32,000 nt of DNA from Trichlorobacter lovleyi SZ (GTDB lineage: Bacteria > Desulfobacterota > Desulfuromonadia > Geobacterales > Pseudopelobacteraceae). Location: positions 1,470,001-1,502,000 of the forward strand of contig NC_010814.1 in NCBI RefSeq assembly GCF_000020385.1, in the 5' to 3' direction. Below are positions 8,010-16,046 of this stretch, one piece after another. The position numbers and the translations under genes are program-made. The notes beneath the pieces were generated by a model that saw only the letters and a program-made list of their open reading frames with translations, was not told the DNA's origin and searched no databases. How positions within the stretch are numbered: position 1 is the first letter of the stretch; each line of letters starts with the position of its first letter.

Positions 8010-8346
8010 TTTTTTTGTTGACGGGCAATGCCGGGCTGCTAAGGAGAAACATACATTATTTGAGCCCATCAGAGCTCTCGTCGGAGTAAACCGACGGAAA
8101 ATAAACGAGAAAGGGGGAAAGTAGGCCAACTTTGCAGGATCGTGTGATCAGTGCCGACGACGCCTCTGGCCAGGCGCAAAGGGTGCGAATCGGGGAGATG
8201 TTCCATCCCCGCCTGAACTGATTCAGGATGGAATCTAACGAGCGAGACAGATTGTCGACAGTAACGTCAATGCCCCGACAGCATTTCTACTGTTGCAATT
8301 TGCAACCACAAAACTGAGCTCCACCCGAAAACTATTCCAGCCTAAA

Positions 8347-9156
8347 TTAGAGATTTCCGGCTTCTTGAAACTGATTCGCATACTCGTTCGGCGTCAGATT
8401 TTTCAGTGCCGTATGCGGTCTGAAATCGTTATATTCCTGTCGCCAGTCTTCGATCTTTTGTCTGGCATCGTCCATTGACAGAAACCAGTTAACGCTCAAA
8501 CACTCATCACGAAAACTACCATTAAATGACTCTATCAGCGCATTATCAGTGGGTTTGCCAGGTCTTGAGAAGTCAAGCGTGACACCGTTCTCGTAAGCCC
8601 AGCGATCTAGTGATTTAGAAATAAATTCACTGCCGTTGTCCAGAAAAATCCGCTTCGGGCAGTTACGGATCTGCGTCAGTTCAGACATTGCATCTACCAC
8701 ATCATCGCCTTTCATAGCCTGATCGACTCGAATGGCAAGGCATTGGCGACTCCAGTTATCCACTACAGTTAAGGCCCTGAAACGCCGACCATTGAACAGG
8801 CTGTCGGCAACAAAATCCATACTCCAAGAGTCATTTAAACTAGAGGCGACAGGCCGATTGGCTCGATGGGCCGCGCTAACTCTTCTACGCGGTCTTTTAC
8901 GGCGCAGATTCAGGCATTCTTCACAGTATATCCGGTAGACCCGCTTGTGATTGACGTGCCAGCCCTCACGTCGCAACAGGGTGTGGATACGAAGATAGCC
9001 ATAACGAATCCGCGTCTCGGCTATCTGGCGAATTCGCAACCGAAGGGCGGAATCGTCTTTGCCGTGATGAACATAACGATATGATCCCCGGCAGAGGAGA
9101 ACCACATCACAGCTGCGGCGCTCGCTTACACCGTAAGACAGATGCAAATGCCGCAC
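8347..9156 (-). CDS. IS3-family transposase OrfB (DDE/rve domain), expressed as OrfAB by -1 frameshift
   Basis: WSMDFVAD...TVVDNWSRQCLA...FLDNGSEFISK...PGKPTDNALIESFNGSFRDECL is the integrase-core DDE pattern. The frame stays open upstream to the slippery site (..KKVLKPAQRRNLVRHLHLSYGVSERR). Confidence 0.85.
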   Translation of the reverse strand: MRHLHLSYGVSERRSCDVVLLCRGSYRYVHHGKDDSALRLRIRQIAETRIRYGYLRIHTLLRREGWHVNHKRVYRIYCEECLNLRRKRPRRRVSAAHRANRPVASSLNDSWSMDFVADSLFNGRRFRALTVVDNWSRQCLAIRVDQAMKGDDVVDAMSELTQIRNCPKRIFLDNGSEFISKSLDRWAYENGVTLDFSRPGKPTDNALIESFNGSFRDECLSVNWFLSMDDARQKIEDWRQEYNDFRPHTALKNLTPNEYANQFQEAGNL

Positions 9157-9179
9157 AAGATTTCGCCTCTGGGCTGGCT

Positions 9180-9446
9180 TTAGAACTTTTTTGAGAGAAC
9201 GTCCTGAAGCATCTGCTTATCAAGACTTAGATCGGCCACCAGCTTCTTTAATTGCCGGTTCTCTTCTTCTAGTTGCTTCAATCTGCGAAGCTCAGAAAGG
9301 CCAAGGCCGCCGTACTTCTTCTTCCAGGTGTAATAAGTGGCGTCCGAAATCCCCATCTTACGGCATACTTCAGCCACCGATATCCCTGTCTCTGCCTGAC
9401 GTAACGCAAACAGAATCTGCTCCTCAGTGAATTTCGATTTCTTCAT
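9180..9446 (-). CDS. IS3-family transposase OrfA (HTH + leucine zipper)
   Basis: MKKSKFTEEQILFALRQAETGISVAEVCRKMGISDATYYTWKKKYGGLGLSELRRLKQLEEENRQLKKLVADLSLDKQML is the canonical IS3 OrfA pattern. Confidence 0.9.
   Translation of the reverse strand: MKKSKFTEEQILFALRQAETGISVAEVCRKMGISDATYYTWKKKYGGLGLSELRRLKQLEEENRQLKKLVADLSLDKQMLQDVLSKKF
9186..9192 (-). other. A AAA AAG programmed -1 ribosomal frameshift heptamer of the IS3 element
   Basis: The minus strand reads CTC TCA AAA AAG TTC TAA at the end of orfA. A -1 slip joins it to the orfB frame. Confidence 0.7.
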
Positions 9447-9530
9447 GGCAGAATCACCCTCCTTCGTGGTGTAATTTTGCCAGAAAACTCTACTTTTGAG
9501 TGGAGCAATTTACTGGGAGGAGGTCAACTC

Positions 9531-9678
9531 ATGATTGACAGTAATTTACCGTCACCCCGAACTAAGGGGGTAGATCGCGGCATGGCGACCGGTGAAGTCA
9601 CCCTGCCTCTTCTGAGTGCGTTTCAAAAACTCGTTGCTTTGCTTGACAGTCCTGCGGACATTCCAATCCTTGCACCTA
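9531..9678 (+). pseudogene. internal fragment of an AraC-family regulator (AraC_N ligand-binding-domain type)
   Basis: The 49 codons ..GMATGEVTLPLLSAFQKLVALLDSPADIPILAP match the conserved LLRLLDxPxDIxVLAP segment of AraC_N-type regulators as I remember it. The fragment is cut by the IS3 on the left and the IS21 on the right. No N-terminal part or C-terminal HTH is found anywhere nearby. Confidence 0.4.
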
Positions 9679-9744
9679 TGTCAATCGGCATTGAAATTTG
9701 ACCCACCATCGGCGTCCAAAATTGACCCACCTCAGCGGTTGATT

Positions 9745-10509
9745 TTAGTCTGAGTTTCTGGTTTTGATTCTCCAGCTTTCATTTCCTGTTTCGACGATTT
9801 CGCAGTGATGGGTAACCCTGTCCAGAAGTGCCGTGGTCATTTTGCCATCACCGAACACCTGCGGCCATTCTCCAAAGGTCAGGTTAGTGGTAATGATAAG
9901 CGATGTTCTCTCGTACAGCTTTGATATAAGGTGAAACAGCAGCTGTCCTCCAGCCTTTGAGAACGGCAGATAGCCCAGTTCGTCCAGCACAACCAGATCA
10001 AGCCTGCAGAGTGCCTCTGCAAGCTTTCCTCCGCGTCCGCTTAGCTTTTCCTGTTCTAGTTGGTTGACCAGATCCAGCAGGTTGAAGTATCGGCCACGCT
10101 TACCGTTTCTGATCACCTGCCGTGCAATGGCAATGGCCAGATGGGTCTTGCCGGTACCGGTTCCACCTACCAGAATGATATTACTCTTTTCAGTAAGAAA
10201 GCCTCCCTCATACAGCATTCTGACCTGTGTCTCGTTGATCGGTGTATCCGTAAACTCAAAGTGATCCAGGTCCTTCTCTACTGGAAACCTTGCCTGACTC
10301 AGGCGGTAGCGGATACTTCTGATTCTCCGTTCAGCCAGCTCTGCATTAAGCAGCTCAAACAGGATCTTCTCCGGTGTGGCCCGTTGTTTGATGCCTGTGG
10401 CGATCAGCTCGTCACAGGCAGTCTTCATGCCATGCAGCCCAAGGGTCTCCATGGCCTTTTGCAGTTTCTCACGCAGTAGCACAGGCACCTCCGGCAAGCA
10501 GCAGGTCAT
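9745..10509 (-). CDS. istB: IS21-family helper ATPase IstB
   Basis: It has Walker A ([13 protein letters not shown]) and Walker B (LVVLDELGY), the typical IstB length, and sits downstream of and overlapping istA. An alternative GTG start at 10482 is preceded by GGAGG. Confidence 0.9.
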   Translation of the reverse strand: MTCCLPEVPVLLREKLQKAMETLGLHGMKTACDELIATGIKQRATPEKILFELLNAELAERRIRSIRYRLSQARFPVEKDLDHFEFTDTPINETQVRMLYEGGFLTEKSNIILVGGTGTGKTHLAIAIARQVIRNGKRGRYFNLLDLVNQLEQEKLSGRGGKLAEALCRLDLVVLDELGYLPFSKAGGQLLFHLISKLYERTSLIITTNLTFGEWPQVFGDGKMTTALLDRVTHHCEIVETGNESWRIKTRNSD

Positions 10510-11983
10510 ACCGCCTGCAGTCAGCTACAGGCGGTATGATCAAAACCGGCAGTTTTGCTGCAGGATCTGCCGTTGGTGTCGGTTCTTCATCGTTTCGGGA
10601 CAACAGATTAAGCACGACATCCCGACTGATGGTATTGGCTGCCAATGCATCAGTGCATGCCTGTGTTACTGCTTCAATGCCATAGTAGGAGACAACCGCC
10701 AGTATCCCGACAAACTGCCGGTCACCATCACGGTGCTTGGCAAGGGCACTACGGATTTGCTCAATAGATTCCGGCAAATTCCATTCCTTAAACGGTGCAC
10801 CGTTTCTGAGTGCTCCCGGCTTCTTCTTCAGTGCCTCCAGATAGTGCCAGGGATCATAGAAGACCTGATCACGACCAAAGTGCCGTTTGTGGAATCCTAC
10901 GGTTCTGCCGCTCTGGACAAAGGTCAGACGATCAGCATAGGCCCGTACCGTGACCGGGTTGCCAACAGCAGAGACATGGACGCTGTAACGGTTGCGGTCA
11001 AATGAGACCAGGGAGGTAGAAGATACCTTGGCATCGCTTTCCAGATAACCGTCAAACGGAACCGTTACCGTGAGAAGCTGCCGGCGTTCCTCCTTAAACA
11101 GGTCATTGATCGTCAGGAGTGGGTTGTCAGGATGTTTCTGGGTTGCTGCGTAGTCCAGACATTGTTCCTGCAGCCACTGGTTTAGCTCAGAAAGGTTGGT
11201 AAATGTCCGCCGTTTGGCGAAGAAACGCTTGCGCACAAGGCCTACCTGATTCTCTACCTGCCCCTTCTCCCAGCCTGCAGCAGGAGTGCAGGCTATCGGT
11301 TCAAACAGGTAGTGGGAGGCCAGACTCAAAAACCGACGATTGAATACACGATCCTTGCCCATCAGGACTTTGGTTACTACGGTTTTTAGGTTGTCGTAGA
11401 TACCACGCCGACAGGCACCACCAAAGAAGCTGAATGCCTTGATATGAGCATCCAGAACCATCTCCAGGCTCTCACGTGTGTAGGCCACGCAAAATGGCAT
11501 CCGACTGTTACAGAGGCGAAACTGAGCAATCTTGACCTTTACGATGATCCCACCCAACTCAATCTGCTCATAGCTCCAGTCAAACTGAAATGCCTCACCA
11601 GGATCAAAGGATAGCGGAATAAAGGCTGCGGCTACGCCGCCGCCGGTCTCTTTGCGCTGCTGCTGGATGTAACGACGGACGCTGTCATAGCCACCTTCAA
11701 ATCCTTCCCGCTGTAGCGTCTCAAACAATAACTGGGCACTACGACGATGGCGGACTGGCTTTACGGCATCTTCAGACAACAGTCCTTTGAGACGTTCTTC
11801 AAATGCAGCAAGCTTTGGCCTGGGCTGTTCGGTGCGGGTATAAACCTGATCGGTTACGTCACTTCTGATGATTTTCTTGACGGTGTTCTTAGACAGATGA
11901 AACTCACGGGCTATCTGCCTGATTGGTTTCTTGTCCCGGTGGTAAGCCTGGCGGATTTTACGGATGGATTCCACTAGCAGCAT
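10469..11983 (-). CDS. istA: IS21-family transposase IstA
   Basis: The N-terminal HTH is [33 protein letters not shown]. The DDE core region includes FQFDWSYE and the protein is ~500 aa. Confidence 0.9.
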   Translation of the reverse strand: MLLVESIRKIRQAYHRDKKPIRQIAREFHLSKNTVKKIIRSDVTDQVYTRTEQPRPKLAAFEERLKGLLSEDAVKPVRHRRSAQLLFETLQREGFEGGYDSVRRYIQQQRKETGGGVAAAFIPLSFDPGEAFQFDWSYEQIELGGIIVKVKIAQFRLCNSRMPFCVAYTRESLEMVLDAHIKAFSFFGGACRRGIYDNLKTVVTKVLMGKDRVFNRRFLSLASHYLFEPIACTPAAGWEKGQVENQVGLVRKRFFAKRRTFTNLSELNQWLQEQCLDYAATQKHPDNPLLTINDLFKEERRQLLTVTVPFDGYLESDAKVSSTSLVSFDRNRYSVHVSAVGNPVTVRAYADRLTFVQSGRTVGFHKRHFGRDQVFYDPWHYLEALKKKPGALRNGAPFKEWNLPESIEQIRSALAKHRDGDRQFVGILAVVSYYGIEAVTQACTDALAANTISRDVVLNLLSRNDEEPTPTADPAAKLPVLIIPPVADCRRYDLLLAGGACATA

Positions 11984-12108
11984 CTCCTTTCAAAGCTCCT
12001 CTCTCTGGATGATGCCAAAGAGAATGGAGGAGGTGCTGAGGTGGGTCAATTTTGGACGCCGATTACACCCGAAAGTGGGTCAATATTGCATGCCGATTCA
12101 CAGTTAAG

Positions 12109-12138
12109 GGCCGGTTCTTGCTTGAACCGGCCTTTTTT
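12109..12138 (+). terminator. rho-independent terminator stranded just outside the IS21 right end
   Basis: GGCCGGTTC-TTGCTT-GAACCGGCC followed by TTTTTT. No intact gene is left upstream for it to terminate. Confidence 0.6.
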
Positions 12139-12291
12139 CTGCCGATTACCCTCCCTGAAAAACGCACCCAAAATCACATTTTTGTAGGATTGTGCATTTT
12201 TTTTGTTGCTCTGTGTATTTAACAATCACCAACAGGAGCCTAAGATTCAAACATATGAGGACAATTAAAAACGTTAACAAGGAGATAAGAA

Positions 12292-13443
12292 ATGCATAAT
12301 TTCACTTTTTACAACACCACCAGAATTGAATTTGGCAAGGGCAAAGAAACTAATATTGGAGAATACGTCAAGAGCTTCGGCGTCGGTAATGTTCTGGTTC
12401 TGTATGGTTCAGAGCGGATCAAGAAGGATGGACTGTTCGGTCGAGTCACTGCTTCCCTTGAAGGCAAAGACATCAGCTTCAAAGCGCTGGGTGGCGTCGT
12501 TAGCAACCCGGTTATCAGTCTGGTGCGGGATGCTGTCAAGGTCGTCAAGAAGCACAACCTGCAAGGGATTGTGGCCGTTGGCGGCGGCTCGGTTGCCGAT
12601 TCTGCCAAGGCCATTGCTGCTGGCGCCAAGTATGACGGCGATGTCTGGGACTTTTTTATCGGCAAAGCCATTGTCAAAGATGCCATCCCCGTTTTCACTA
12701 TCATGACGTTAGCTGCCACTGGCAGTGAAATGAATCCCTATGGCGTGGTGACTAACGAGGAAACGCAGCAGAAATATAACCTCGGAGGGCCAGCGCTCTA
12801 CCCGAAGGTGTCCGCCATCAACCCGGAGTTAATGGCCACTGTTACACCCGACTATCTGGCCTATTCCGCTGTCGATATTTTTGCCCACTGCCTTGACCTC
12901 TATTTCACTGCCAAGGTGTTCCCGGAATTTACTGCCGCTCTGATTGAAAATATCCTGACAACCGTGATGCGCACCACCGATGTGCTGATGATGAACCCAG
13001 ATGATTATAACGCAAGAGGAGAATTCGCCTGGGCCTCGACCATGGCCCTCAATGGCAATACCTTTGTCGGCGTTGAGGGCAACTCCTTTGACACCCACAT
13101 GATTGAGCATGCCATGGGCGGACTGTACAACGTGCCTCACGGTGCCGGGCTCGCCGTCGTTCTTCCTGCCTGGATGAAGTCGATCAAAAACCAGATGCCG
13201 CAGCGCTTTGAACGCTTTGCAGAGAAGATGTTTGGTGAATCCGATGCCGAGGCAGGGATTGAAAAGCTTACCAAATGGTTTAGCGCAATTGGGGCACCGG
13301 TGACCTTTGCACAAGCAGGTCTTTCTGCAGACGCTGTTGATCCCATTGCTGAGAATGCGTTTGGCATTGCAAAGCTCTGGAAAATGGATCAGCTCTATCC
13401 TCAGCAGAGGATTGCTGAAATCCTCAAGCTGGCTGTGAAGTAA
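12292..13443 (+). CDS. iron-containing (group III) alcohol dehydrogenase, YqhD/BdhA-like aldehyde reductase
   Basis: FYNTTRIEFGKGK...VLVLYGSERIKKDGL...AVGGGSVADSAKAIA...HxxxH region (THMIEHAMGGLYNVPHGAGLAV). AAGGAG RBS. Confidence 0.85.
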   Translation: MHNFTFYNTTRIEFGKGKETNIGEYVKSFGVGNVLVLYGSERIKKDGLFGRVTASLEGKDISFKALGGVVSNPVISLVRDAVKVVKKHNLQGIVAVGGGSVADSAKAIAAGAKYDGDVWDFFIGKAIVKDAIPVFTIMTLAATGSEMNPYGVVTNEETQQKYNLGGPALYPKVSAINPELMATVTPDYLAYSAVDIFAHCLDLYFTAKVFPEFTAALIENILTTVMRTTDVLMMNPDDYNARGEFAWASTMALNGNTFVGVEGNSFDTHMIEHAMGGLYNVPHGAGLAVVLPAWMKSIKNQMPQRFERFAEKMFGESDAEAGIEKLTKWFSAIGAPVTFAQAGLSADAVDPIAENAFGIAKLWKMDQLYPQQRIAEILKLAVK

Positions 13444-13464
13444 CAAACAGAAAAGAGAACAGAA

Positions 13465-14505
13465 ATGAAGATACGCATTAAGTCCCTTACAACATCGTTA
13501 CTATGTCTGTCCCTGATCATCCCCGGCGTTGCTTTTGCAGCCAAAAAGCAGGCATGGGACAAAATATTTACCAAGAGCGATAAAGTCGACCACGAGAAGG
13601 TATCCTATAAAAACCGCTTTGGCATTACCGTGTCTGCTGACAAGTATCAGCCAAAGGGGTTGGATAAATCCCAAAAACATCCTGCCATAGTCATTGGCAC
13701 TCCTTACGGTGGGGTCAAAGAGCAGGGCGCTGGTATTTATGCTCAAGCAATGGCAGAACGCGGCTTTGTTACCATTGCTTTCGACGAGTCCTACAATGGT
13801 GAGAGTGGTGGTAAGCCCCGGCGAGTTTCGTCGCCGGATATTTTCGTTGAAGACTTCAGCGCAGGGGTTGACTACTTAGGCTCTCTTGCGTTTGTTGACA
13901 GAGATAGAATTGGCGCCATCGGTATATGTGGCAGTGGCGCATTCGCCATTACTGCAGCCCAGGTTGACCATCGAATCAAAGCGATTGCAACGGCGAGTAT
14001 GTACGACATGAGCCGCTTTATGCGCAATGGCTGGAAAGACGGAATGACTGATGAGCAGCGTAACAAAACGCTTGATCAGCTTGCAGTGCAGCGTTGGAAA
14101 GACGTTGATGGCCGAACCCCCGAACTGACACCGGCCTTCCCCAGCAAACCTGTTGACAAAATCCCGGAAGGACTCGACCCGATCACCAGTGAGTTCTTCG
14201 AATATTACGCCATGAAACGGGGGCATCATCCGAATTCTATCGCTGCGTTCACCAAGACGAGTGCCATGTCTTTTATGAATTTCCCATTGATGGACCACAT
14301 CAAATCCATCTCGCCACGCCCTATCCTGTTCATCATGGGCGAAAAGGCGCATTCCCGCTACTTCACGGAGGATGCATATACTATGGCCGCTGAACCCAAG
14401 GAGCTTTATATCGTACCGGGGGCGCGGCATATCGATCTCTATGATAGAATAGACATGATCCCGTTCGACAAACTGACGTCATTTTTTACCAAGGCATTGA
14501 AGTAA
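13465..14505 (+). CDS. exported alpha/beta-fold hydrolase (dienelactone-hydrolase-like, Cys in nucleophile elbow)
   Basis: The signal peptide is MKIRIKSLTTSLLCLSLIIPGVAFA/AKK. The nucleophile elbow GICGSG (TGT at 13927-13929) resembles the GxCxGG of dienelactone hydrolases. A C-terminal GARHIDLYD motif carries the likely His. Confidence 0.7.
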   Translation: MKIRIKSLTTSLLCLSLIIPGVAFAAKKQAWDKIFTKSDKVDHEKVSYKNRFGITVSADKYQPKGLDKSQKHPAIVIGTPYGGVKEQGAGIYAQAMAERGFVTIAFDESYNGESGGKPRRVSSPDIFVEDFSAGVDYLGSLAFVDRDRIGAIGICGSGAFAITAAQVDHRIKAIATASMYDMSRFMRNGWKDGMTDEQRNKTLDQLAVQRWKDVDGRTPELTPAFPSKPVDKIPEGLDPITSEFFEYYAMKRGHHPNSIAAFTKTSAMSFMNFPLMDHIKSISPRPILFIMGEKAHSRYFTEDAYTMAAEPKELYIVPGARHIDLYDRIDMIPFDKLTSFFTKALK

Positions 14506-14641
14506 GGGTATGTAGAGGAGACTGAAATGACAGAGGATCTTAAAAATAGTGTGATTTTTGACCGGGGAGAACTCAATCCTTACGGCAAATATTTTACCGG
14601 CACCAGCTATCTTAATATGTTGAAGTCTCGAAGGGGTCGTT

Positions 14642-14941
14642 ATGGGAAACGTCACCTTCGAACCGGGCTGCATTAACAATTGGCATATCCACAAAGCGGA
14701 TAAGGGTGGCGGCCAAATCCTCTTGGTGACCGGTGGACGTGGCTGGTATCAGGAGGAGGGCAAAGACGCTCAAGAGTTGCATACTGGAGATGTCGTCCAT
14801 ATTCCTGCAGGCGTCAAACACTGGCACGGGGCTGCAAAAGACAGTTGGTTTGTGCACATCTCCGTTGAAGTGCCGGGTGAAAACAAGTCAAACGAATGGC
14901 TCGAACCGGTTGACCAAGTCTCTTACAGCAAGTTGAAGTAG
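14642..14941 (+). CDS. cupin-domain protein (apparently 5'-frameshifted; see finding)
   Basis: GNVTFEPGCINNWHIHKADKGGGQILLVTGGRGWYQEEGK...GDVVHIPAGVKHWHGA is the cupin 2 pattern. A well-initiated ORF (GAGGAG + ATG 14527, MTEDLKNSVIFDRGELNPYGKYFTGTSYLNMLKS) encodes what looks like the family N-terminus. It is in a different frame and stops at 14676. Confidence 0.7.
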   Translation: MGNVTFEPGCINNWHIHKADKGGGQILLVTGGRGWYQEEGKDAQELHTGDVVHIPAGVKHWHGAAKDSWFVHISVEVPGENKSNEWLEPVDQVSYSKLK

Positions 14942-14996
14942 TGAGCGTTAGGCCGCAGGCGCAGACACTCATAAGAGTAGTGGAGGAGATACCATC

Positions 14997-15851
14997 ATGA
15001 TTTTACAGGAAACCTATACGCTCTCAAATGGCGTTGAAATTCCCAAGCTGGGCCTTGGCACCTGGCTTATCGACAAGGCAGATGCAAAACGGGCGGTGCA
15101 GGATGCCATAAATATCGGCTACCGTCATATTGATACCGCTCAGGATTATTTCAATGAAGCAGAGGTCGCTGCGGGGATCAAAGACTGCGGCATCAGCCGC
15201 AACGAAATCTTTCTGACCACCAAGCTTTCTGCACGGTACAAATCGTATCAAGACTCCGTAACTGCGATCGATGGCTCTCTACAACTCATGGGGCTTGATT
15301 ATGTCGATTTGATGATTATTCATAGCCCGCAACCCTGGGATAAATTTGGTCAAAGCGATCGTTTTTTTGCAGGCAATCAGGATGCCTGGCGTGCGCTTGA
15401 GGAAGCCCATAAGGCCGGAAAGATTCGAGCCATCGGTTTATCGAACTTCCAGCAACAGGATATCGACAATATCCTGAAATCCTGTTCAACTGTACCGGTG
15501 GTCAACCAGATCCTAGCCCATGTGAGCAATACGCCCTATGAACTGATCAAGTATTCTCAGGAGCAAGGGATGCTCATCGAGGCCTATTCTCCAGTTGGGC
15601 ACGGAGAACTCCTTAAAAACAGGCAAATAGTTGAGATGGCTGAAAAGTATGGCGTTTCAGTGCCGCAACTGTGCATTCGTTATTCCTTGCAGCTCAATCT
15701 TCTGCCCTTGCCCAAGACCGCAAACCCAGACCACATGAAGAACAATGCGGACGTAGATTTCGAGATTTCTGAAGAGGATATGGCAACCTTGAAGAGTATG
15801 GAAAAGATCAAAGATTATGGTGACGCCAGCATATTCCCTGTATACAAGTGA
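14997..15851 (+). CDS. aldo/keto reductase (DkgA/YtbE-like)
   Basis: IPKLGLGTWLIDK...GYRHIDTAQDYFNEAEVA...DLMIIHSPQPW...IGLSNF...IEAYSPVGHG are the AKR signature segments. GGAGGAG RBS. Confidence 0.85.
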   Translation: MILQETYTLSNGVEIPKLGLGTWLIDKADAKRAVQDAINIGYRHIDTAQDYFNEAEVAAGIKDCGISRNEIFLTTKLSARYKSYQDSVTAIDGSLQLMGLDYVDLMIIHSPQPWDKFGQSDRFFAGNQDAWRALEEAHKAGKIRAIGLSNFQQQDIDNILKSCSTVPVVNQILAHVSNTPYELIKYSQEQGMLIEAYSPVGHGELLKNRQIVEMAEKYGVSVPQLCIRYSLQLNLLPLPKTANPDHMKNNADVDFEISEEDMATLKSMEKIKDYGDASIFPVYK

Positions 15852-15879
15852 TGCTGGCATTTAATAGTTAGATTCAATC

Positions 15880-15911
15880 AAAGCCACCCTTTTCCAGGAA
15901 AGGGTGGCTTT
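15880..15911. terminator. rho-independent terminator (13-bp stem) closing the reductase operon
   Basis: AAAGCCACCCTTT-TCCAGG-AAAGGGTGGCTTT followed by T-rich sequence. Confidence 0.7.
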
Positions 15912-16004
15912 ACTTATTGTCATGATCGATTGCACGCGAAGTTGCAACTAAAGCGGCAGATCTGGCGTCTTAGTGTGAAAGTTTTTACCCTTCAACTACT
16001 GCTT

Positions 16005-16035
16005 TACAAAAATGAGCGCCGCTCGAGGCGGCGCT
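16005..16035 (-). terminator. rho-independent terminator of the sigma54 activator gene
   Basis: The minus strand reads AGCGCCGCC-TCGA-GCGGCGCT followed by CATTTTTGT, 12 nt after the stop at 16047. Confidence 0.6.
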
Positions 16036-16046
16036 GGTGGAGTACA

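Larger units (their letters stand above)
8315..9507 (-). mobile_element. IS3-family insertion sequence (~1.2 kb)
   Basis: It has the orfA/orfB arrangement with an A6G slippery site. The imperfect terminal IRs are TGAGCTCCACCCGAAAAC (8315-) and, as reverse complement of the right end, TGCTCCACTCAAAAG (-9507), giving TG...CA termini. Ends are uncertain by a few bp. No target-site duplication is recognisable. Confidence 0.8.
9679..12102 (-). mobile_element. IS21-family insertion sequence (~2.4 kb)
   Basis: It carries istA-istB. The terminal IRs are TGTCAATCGGCATTGAAATTTGACCCAC (9679-) and, as reverse complement of the right end, TGTGAATCGGCATGCAATATTGACCCAC (-12102). Each end carries repeated TTGACCCAC motifs and an identical ATCGGCGTCCAAAATTGACCCACCTCAGC block. 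No flanking target duplication is visible. Confidence 0.85.

Noticed and set aside
7521-8129. Track ORF 7521-8129(-), 202 aa
   Set aside because: It is antisense to the recombinase gene in a GC-rich segment, with no RBS or motif. This is a typical GC-driven shadow ORF. The same reasoning applies to 12829-13446(-), 13876-14430(-), 25035-25946(-), 27087-27632(-), 28019-28501(-), 29364-29831(-), 30122-30676(-) and the other antisense ORFs inside confident genes.
8255-8285. Similarity between the left flank of the IS3 (ATTGTCGACAGTAACGTCAATGCCCCGAC) and its right flank (ATGATTGACAGTAATTTACCGTCACCCCGAAC, 9531-9562)
   Set aside because: The shared GACAGTAA and CCCCGA blocks need two gaps whose lengths are not multiples of three. 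The left-flank frame is closed by a stop just upstream. I cannot distinguish this from chance without a statistical alignment, so I do not claim it as a duplication.
12139-12150. CTGCCGATTACC just outside the IS21 right end, resembling internal IS21-end sequence GCCGATTAC (12058-12066) and TGCCGATTCA (12091-12100)
   Set aside because: Only a 9-10-nt match. That is too short to call a solo IS21 end remnant without comparison to other copies.
14822-14836. TGGCACGGGGCTGCA, a sigma54-like -24/-12 sequence
   Set aside because: It lies inside the cupin coding region (HWHGAAK). The GG-GC spacing is one nt short of canonical, and no downstream gene start is appropriately placed.
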